IMG/VR virus record: IMGVR_UViG_3300037297_000386
DNA: 64,000 nucleotides
Source of the DNA: a virus
Taxonomy: Duplodnaviria > Caudoviricetes
Reading direction: 5' to 3' (one strand)
Positions within the stretch are counted from its first letter, which is position 1. Every line of letters begins with the position of its first letter. Below are positions 58,353 through 64,000 of this stretch, in pieces. The translations under genes and the position numbers were made by a program. The notes under the pieces were generated by a model. That model did not search any database. It was not told the DNA's origin and worked only from the letters and a program-made list of their open reading frames with translations.

Positions 58353-58952
58353 TTATGTTATTTCTAATTCAGTTTGGCCATCTGGAAGTTTTTCTGGAAC
58401 TTCAAAATTAATATTTTGAGGAAGCAATTTCTTTCCATTAATTTCTCCTTCAAATAAAGCAACATATCTACCGGAAGGTAATTGGCTCATCCAATGCCCA
58501 GCCCTATTTGTTTTTGTTTGTTTTATCAATTTATCTTTTTCATCGTATATTTTTACTGATGCATTGGCTAATGGAACCGCACTTTCTCCTTTTGCAATTT
58601 TTAATTTTCCTTTTACCATAATACTTTTTGATTTTTTTAAAACAGGCCTATTTGTTTTATTTTTTATGCGATTATCTTTTAATTTTGCCGCGTCAACTGG
58701 TTCAAAATTAAAATTTTGAAATCCAGATTTTTGTTTTATTTTGTCTATCTTTTTATTTACATCAGATATACCAGGTGCTGTGGCTCGGGCCCACCCATCT
58801 AAAGGCGTATTGGTTGCTTTCTCAACCAACTCGGCCAAATTTGTACTATTTATAATAGTTTTTATATTATTATCCATTACATCTAATCTTTTTTCTAAAT
58901 TCACCAAATGAGATAATATTTCTTCTAACATATCAATTCCAGATCTTGTCAT
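58353..58952 (-). CDS. Hypothetical protein with a C-terminal carboxypeptidase-regulatory/prealbumin-like beta sandwich
   Basis: PLANASVKIYD......TKTNRAGHW...LPSGRY. Confidence 0.6.
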   Translation of the reverse strand: MTRSGIDMLEEILSHLVNLEKRLDVMDNNIKTIINSTNLAELVEKATNTPLDGWARATAPGISDVNKKIDKIKQKSGFQNFNFEPVDAAKLKDNRIKNKTNRPVLKKSKSIMVKGKLKIAKGESAVPLANASVKIYDEKDKLIKQTKTNRAGHWMSQLPSGRYVALFEGEINGKKLLPQNINFEVPEKLPDGQTELEIT

Positions 58953-58970
58953 TTCTTACTCTCCATAATA

Positions 58971-61900
58971 TTAATATCTAAATCTTATAGTAACCCCATA
59001 AACTCTAATATTATCCATACTTGTTGGATTCACGTAAAAATGTGTAATCCGAACATAATATCTAAAAGCGTTATGGTTAATAACCTCTGTTAAACCGCTA
59101 ATTTCTCCGGCGCCACCCGTTATATGGGCATATCCGAAATAACCACTAACATTCATTTCATTAGAACCAACTGTAGTTCCTATTACTTCGGATTCAAATT
59201 CGGATTCAAGTAATTTTCTCTTTATTATTTCTGCATTAAAATATTCACTGCCAGATTGTGGAGCGTTTCTTCCTTGTACTTGTATTCCAGTCAATGTTGA
59301 GCCATTCGGTATATTAGATATAGGAAAATATAAATATCGTGTATATATGCCAGAATTATCTGATATAGTCCAATAGTCTCTCGTACCATCCATTCTCCAC
59401 TGTGCTTCATATCCATCATATCCTGGGACCGCTGACGAAGCTGGTAAGCCAACAGCATCAGGTAAACCACGGTTTATTCCTATAGTATTATTGTTTGTAT
59501 AAAGTGATAATTGAGAAATGGTTGGCCCAATTTGCAAGCTACTAGCACTATACGTAGACGTATCTGGTAAACTATTTCCAATAAACATACATCCTGATAC
59601 TTCAACATTCGGCATTCTAATTGGGGCACCAGTTAAATTAGTCGTAATTATAGAATTATTTGTGATAGTGACATTTGTTACTTTGTTGGCCGCATATATA
59701 CCATGTGTCCCTTGACCTTCTAAAATATTTCCTGTTATTGTTGTACTGTCCATATTTTGTTCCATATTAATAAACACAGTATCAGCGGTTGCTTTACTAT
59801 CATTCTTTAATCTATTGCCAGAAACAATATGATAATTACCATTCAAATTAATAAGAACTGACATGGTTGTTCCTTCAATAGTATTACCAATTATTTTCAT
59901 TCCTTCGTTAGCCGTGCTTTTATTAGATATACCAACTGAATTCTCATTTACCATATCCATAATAGAATTATTCACAATATCAATGTAACTGGATTCAGCA
60001 TAAATACCATAATTGAAAGAATAATCAGTTGATGGGTCGGGCGTACTAAAATGATTGGTAGAAATTTTACTGCGTTCGCCTTTCCAATAAATTCCATAAT
60101 TTCCTGGGCCAATTAATTTATTGTCTGATATATTTGCCCTATGTGCATTACCATATATATATCTAGCATTAGTATTTCCGATTCTATCTAATGTATTACC
60201 AATGATTGACGCCAATGTAGAAGTATTCTTAACGTAAATACCATAACGAGCCTCACTGTTGATCAACATGTTATTTTCTATGTTAATAGAATCAACACTA
60301 TCGTCTATCCAAACAAGAGCTGTATTGTCATAATTTGAATCATAAACTATCGAGTTCGATATAGTATTACCATGCAACATCGCATGTTCGACATCTTCTA
60401 TGTAAATGCCATATACAAAGCTGTCTCGCAATTTAATGTTATTTATATAATTATTAAATAATGAAAGATATGATATTTTATTACCAGTTGCTGATTCACT
60501 TATAACCCTAATTCCATTAGATATTCGATTTTCTTCCCCACTATCTAGTTCCCCAGTTATAGTATTATTATTAATTCTTAATGTCTCTATACTTTCGCCT
60601 ATATCTACATAAATACCACGAATATCTGTATTATTTACATCAAGTGCCTTGATAGTGTTCCTGGTTATTTGTATATTATTGGATGATCGAACAGATGTTC
60701 CAACTTTTATCCCGTTAGAAACTCCAATTCCAGAAACATTAGTAATATTATTATTATCAATTATCATATTATTACATCCAGTATCACATATTATACCAGA
60801 ATAAATATTATCAATTTTGTTATTAATGATACTTACATTGTCTGATGCGTTTATTGTGATACCTATATCATAACTATTGGTCGATATTGTATCGCCAAAT
60901 CTAAACAGACATCTTTCGATATTAACATTTGAACCATCAATCAATATAAGTGATCCCTGCAAACCAACAGTAGCGCTTAGAATTTCGATATTTTCGAGAT
61001 TATTATTTCCCTCTAGAGTAATAAAATTATCACCATGTTCTAACTCATTTATTATTTGACTTTTCCCGTTTCCACCAAATGGTACATTTCCAATAATAGA
61101 AACACCATTTGGTACGACTAATGGATTTTTAGGATAGACTGGATTTATTATTCGTATTATTAACTTTTCTTTATTTGGATAATGGTTCGCATACAACAAT
61201 GCGCCTTCAAGACTTCTAAAGTTTCCAATTACATTATTTGTTTCATCAACTATGATATCTATTTTATCATCTAGATTGTTGGTAAATTTTCTAATATCTA
61301 CCACATTTTCAATATTACCATTATTTACGGTTATTTGATACAATGGCAATATTTTACCAAATGTTGCATCGGCATTATATCCATCAGTCAGTATTTCACC
61401 AAGTTCATCACTTAATACTTGTATAGATCCAAAATCATTTATTCCAACTATTCGTATAGAATTGTTTAATATTATTCCTTCTGAATCTTGCACATTTACT
61501 ATAACTTTTTGAGTCTCTATTGCTAAACGAACCCCATTGACATAGGCAATTCCACCACGCAACGGTAAAGCTGCCATATCAGTAACAGAATCATAATATG
61601 GAATATCAAGAAGATCGAAACCACGTACAATACCATTAGAGCGCAACTCAGATGTTGGCCTTTGACTGAATATCTCGATAAAGTCATCTCTTATTTCATT
61701 CGAACTAATATTACCAAATAAACGATTATCTATTATATTTGTAATCGAATGGGTACCATCAAAATGTACAGTAGCTAATAAAAAGGCCTCATCTGGTGGA
61801 ATAGACTCACTTATAGTTGCAATTTCTAATCCCCCTGGTATATTTCCTGGAATGATTTTAAAAAGCATATAATCTAGACCGTTTGGATGATATAATTTAA

Positions 61901-64000
61901 AACTACCTATAAAATTTTCATGTATCCTTACAGTTTCTCCAGAGACAGTATCATCTACAATATTAAAATCTACAAAATCACCGTCCAGGGTTACTAATAT
62001 CATTACATCGCCAATTGGAAATGAATCAGATATATTTATAATCTGAACGCCCGAGCCAAGTGTAGTTCCGTAGATTAATTTTTGATGAACAAATGTCTCC
62101 CCACCAGCACTAATAAGAACTTGTACTAGCCCCATATCAGTTTCTGTACTTTCTAGTATATCTAATGGAATATTAGAAGATGATACTCTAACATTAAAAG
62201 TTGTAGGATTATTAGGAGAATCAATTTTTTCTTTACTAAATAATGACACACTTGTTGAATTAGATGAAAGAACGACATAACTACCATTAGTATCTAATGT
62301 TGGGTGCCCAGTAATATGTAAAATCGACCCGGGCCCAATACCATATCTGATTGGATTCACAAGTAATCCATTTTTCCATAACATAAATGTACTTGATTCG
62401 CTAGTTATACTAGCGTATCCATCGAAGGTGTCAGATAATCCGGTCAGAGAAACGCCATTAATTGAATATTTGGTATTATTATTTCCATAAATCTTCTGAT
62501 CGACGATATTAGCACCATAGGCATCAAATCCTAATGGATAATTACCAGTATAACCATCAACTATTTCAAGTGTGTAATCTGGACCAATCCAATTGTGTGC
62601 AATAGCTAACTCATTTCCTATCCTAAATGCTGTAATTGGAAAATGGTACCCTAAATCAGGGTCACTCACATAGGCATTAATTCTTTCTGCTACAGAGCTA
62701 GAATCCACTGGATCTGCTTGACCAGTCCCCAATCGTTCTTGATGTAACCCAGGAATTATTATTTCTCTATAAAGAGAATTACCCATACCCACTTTAATAG
62801 CAATTTCATATCCATCGGAATTCAAAATAGATCCATTAAATCCTATACTCGTAGCTCTGGCAGAGCAAGGATTCATAATAGAAATCGTATCTACAATATT
62901 TTCATTACCAATTGAAGTACAAGCTAATGGGGCATATTCGCTAGAAATTGCTGATGGTTTGTATATGTTTACAACAACATTATCTCCATAGGATCTACTT
63001 TCAGAAAAAATGTGAAACACAAGTAATTCATCATTATCTAATTGTGGTAAATTACCAAGTGTTTTAGAACTGGTTAATGGGCCAATAGCACTAATTTGAT
63101 ATGTTCCACTATCAATTATACCACTTTGTTGGACAATTTCCAAAATATCGCCAGCTTCTACCCCTAAAGTAGCAAACGATGTTATATTAGGGATCTTAAT
63201 AACACTAGTCCCTTCAGTATAAGAGGCCCCAGATATAGTGTCAACCAAGCGACGATTAGAATTATAATAATTGCCAGAATTAATTTCTTTTAAAATTCCA
63301 TTCGAATGAAATTCGTCAATATGAGCAACACCAAGAGCCCCAGCACTTGCATCCATACTGTCTAATGCTTCTTGCACATTTATTGATGTTCTGTCTATGC
63401 TAACAAAATCGGTTGTATCAATGCCAATTTCAGATGCAATATGTTTAAATTGAGACGGTATGTTGCTATTAATATGCGGTACTATAGTATCGTTGCCAGA
63501 GATAATAATACCGGATAATTCGTTTATAGCATCTCCTATAGTAGTAGCTTCAAGTCCAGCAACGCCAATACTACTACCAACGTTTATTTTTATATTATAC
63601 CCATCATGATAATAGCCGCGCCCCAATGTGTGAATATTTAACATAGATGTTGAGCTAGACAAACCGGAAGATATGCCATTGAGATCAGTACGCATAGAAT
63701 CGACAAGATTTTTTAAATATGTCGTTCCATAATCTAATGCTAATTTTGATTCTTGTATACCAGCGGTTGCACCGATGTGTTTATTTAAAACAGGTAATGT
63801 TAGTAGTCCAATATTTTCAAGAGATGACGGTTTTATTCGCCCATTGGGATCTATTGATACATTAACTCTATCCACAAAAGATGAACGATTGCCTTGTGGA
63901 TTTAATCCGACCGTTTTTTGAATAATAAAAATCGCATCTCGCAGAGAATTAATAACATCGCCACTAATTTCACTGACATTTTGGTTAATGCGCGGTATTT
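58971..64000 (-). CDS. Giant virion protein with a C-terminal right-handed parallel beta-helix (5' end outside the window)
   Basis: Frame is open to the window edge (IPRINQNVSEISGDVINSLRD...); many PbH1-type repeats (I.NN.I, I.GN.L) in the C-terminal half. Confidence 0.8.
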   Translation of the reverse strand, partial: IPRINQNVSEISGDVINSLRDAIFIIQKTVGLNPQGNRSSFVDRVNVSIDPNGRIKPSSLENIGLLTLPVLNKHIGATAGIQESKLALDYGTTYLKNLVDSMRTDLNGISSGLSSSTSMLNIHTLGRGYYHDGYNIKINVGSSIGVAGLEATTIGDAINELSGIIISGNDTIVPHINSNIPSQFKHIASEIGIDTTDFVSIDRTSINVQEALDSMDASAGALGVAHIDEFHSNGILKEINSGNYYNSNRRLVDTISGASYTEGTSVIKIPNITSFATLGVEAGDILEIVQQSGIIDSGTYQISAIGPLTSSKTLGNLPQLDNDELLVFHIFSESRSYGDNVVVNIYKPSAISSEYAPLACTSIGNENIVDTISIMNPCSARATSIGFNGSILNSDGYEIAIKVGMGNSLYREIIIPGLHQERLGTGQADPVDSSSVAERINAYVSDPDLGYHFPITAFRIGNELAIAHNWIGPDYTLEIVDGYTGNYPLGFDAYGANIVDQKIYGNNNTKYSINGVSLTGLSDTFDGYASITSESSTFMLWKNGLLVNPIRYGIGPGSILHITGHPTLDTNGSYVVLSSNSTSVSLFSKEKIDSPNNPTTFNVRVSSSNIPLDILESTETDMGLVQVLISAGGETFVHQKLIYGTTLGSGVQIINISDSFPIGDVMILVTLDGDFVDFNIVDDTVSGETVRIHENFIGSFKLYHPNGLDYMLFKIIPGNIPGGLEIATISESIPPDEAFLLATVHFDGTHSITNIIDNRLFGNISSNEIRDDFIEIFSQRPTSELRSNGIVRGFDLLDIPYYDSVTDMAALPLRGGIAYVNGVRLAIETQKVIVNVQDSEGIILNNSIRIVGINDFGSIQVLSDELGEILTDGYNADATFGKILPLYQITVNNGNIENVVDIRKFTNNLDDKIDIIVDETNNVIGNFRSLEGALLYANHYPNKEKLIIRIINPVYPKNPLVVPNGVSIIGNVPFGGNGKSQIINELEHGDNFITLEGNNNLENIEILSATVGLQGSLILIDGSNVNIERCLFRFGDTISTNSYDIGITINASDNVSIINNKIDNIYSGIICDTGCNNMIIDNNNITNVSGIGVSNGIKVGTSVRSSNNIQITRNTIKALDVNNTDIRGIYVDIGESIETLRINNNTITGELDSGEENRISNGIRVISESATGNKISYLSLFNNYINNIKLRDSFVYGIYIEDVEHAMLHGNTISNSIVYDSNYDNTALVWIDDSVDSINIENNMLINSEARYGIYVKNTSTLASIIGNTLDRIGNTNARYIYGNAHRANISDNKLIGPGNYGIYWKGERSKISTNHFSTPDPSTDYSFNYGIYAESSYIDIVNNSIMDMVNENSVGISNKSTANEGMKIIGNTIEGTTMSVLINLNGNYHIVSGNRLKNDSKATADTVFINMEQNMDSTTITGNILEGQGTHGIYAANKVTNVTITNNSIITTNLTGAPIRMPNVEVSGCMFIGNSLPDTSTYSASSLQIGPTISQLSLYTNNNTIGINRGLPDAVGLPASSAVPGYDGYEAQWRMDGTRDYWTISDNSGIYTRYLYFPISNIPNGSTLTGIQVQGRNAPQSGSEYFNAEIIKRKLLESEFESEVIGTTVGSNEMNVSGYFGYAHITGGAGEISGLTEVINHNAFRYYVRITHFYVNPTSMDNIRVYGVTIRFRY

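Noticed and set aside
2365-61059. Plus-strand ORFs in the track (for example 41926..42492, 32584..33030, 49917..50345)
   Set aside because: All lie antisense to long, motif-bearing minus-strand genes and have no recognisable motifs, so they are shadow ORFs.
1-64000. Alternative genetic code (TAG or TGA readthrough), as in some large phages
   Set aside because: Code 11 gives dense, multi-kilobase intact ORFs. TAA, TAG and TGA all end genes, often in ATGA or TAATG overlaps, and the gaps are explained by short ORFs or frameshifts.
24348-64000. Inteins or group I introns in the large structural genes
   Set aside because: No intein N- or C-terminal splice motifs or embedded endonuclease domains seen; both endonucleases are intergenic.

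Overview
AT-rich (roughly 30% GC by eye) 64-kb fragment of a large contractile-tailed (myovirus/jumbo-like) phage genome. Every credible gene is on the minus strand, so transcription runs right to left. Right 40 kb (24.3-64 kb) is a tail/baseplate module: a truncated giant beta-helix virion protein, tail-completion-like protein, sheath flanked by HNH and LAGLIDADG homing endonucleases, tube, tail-assembly chaperone with a clear -1 programmed frameshift, tape measure, tube initiator, hub, spike, a hydrophobic Ig-domain protein, gp25-like wedge, baseplate J, a 2186-aa LamG wedge protein and a dockerin-bearing protein. Left 24 kb is a glycosylation/accessory region: about ten glycosyltransferase genes, glmM, a PseB-like dehydratase fused to an IS607/MerR-type HTH, SpsF/PseF-like and HxGH cytidylyltransferases, a GNAT acetyltransferase, thymidine kinase, MazG-like and DUF4326 proteins, a solo TnpB, families of small paralogous ORFs and two homopolymer-frameshifted genes. 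The most striking unexplained signal is a strongly enriched Asp-Gly-Tyr (DGY) tripeptide in five virion proteins next to the glycosyltransferase cluster, a candidate phage-encoded virion glycosylation system (hypothesis). No capsid, terminase, tRNA, rRNA or CRISPR array was seen. All family assignments are from motif recognition by eye, not database searches.
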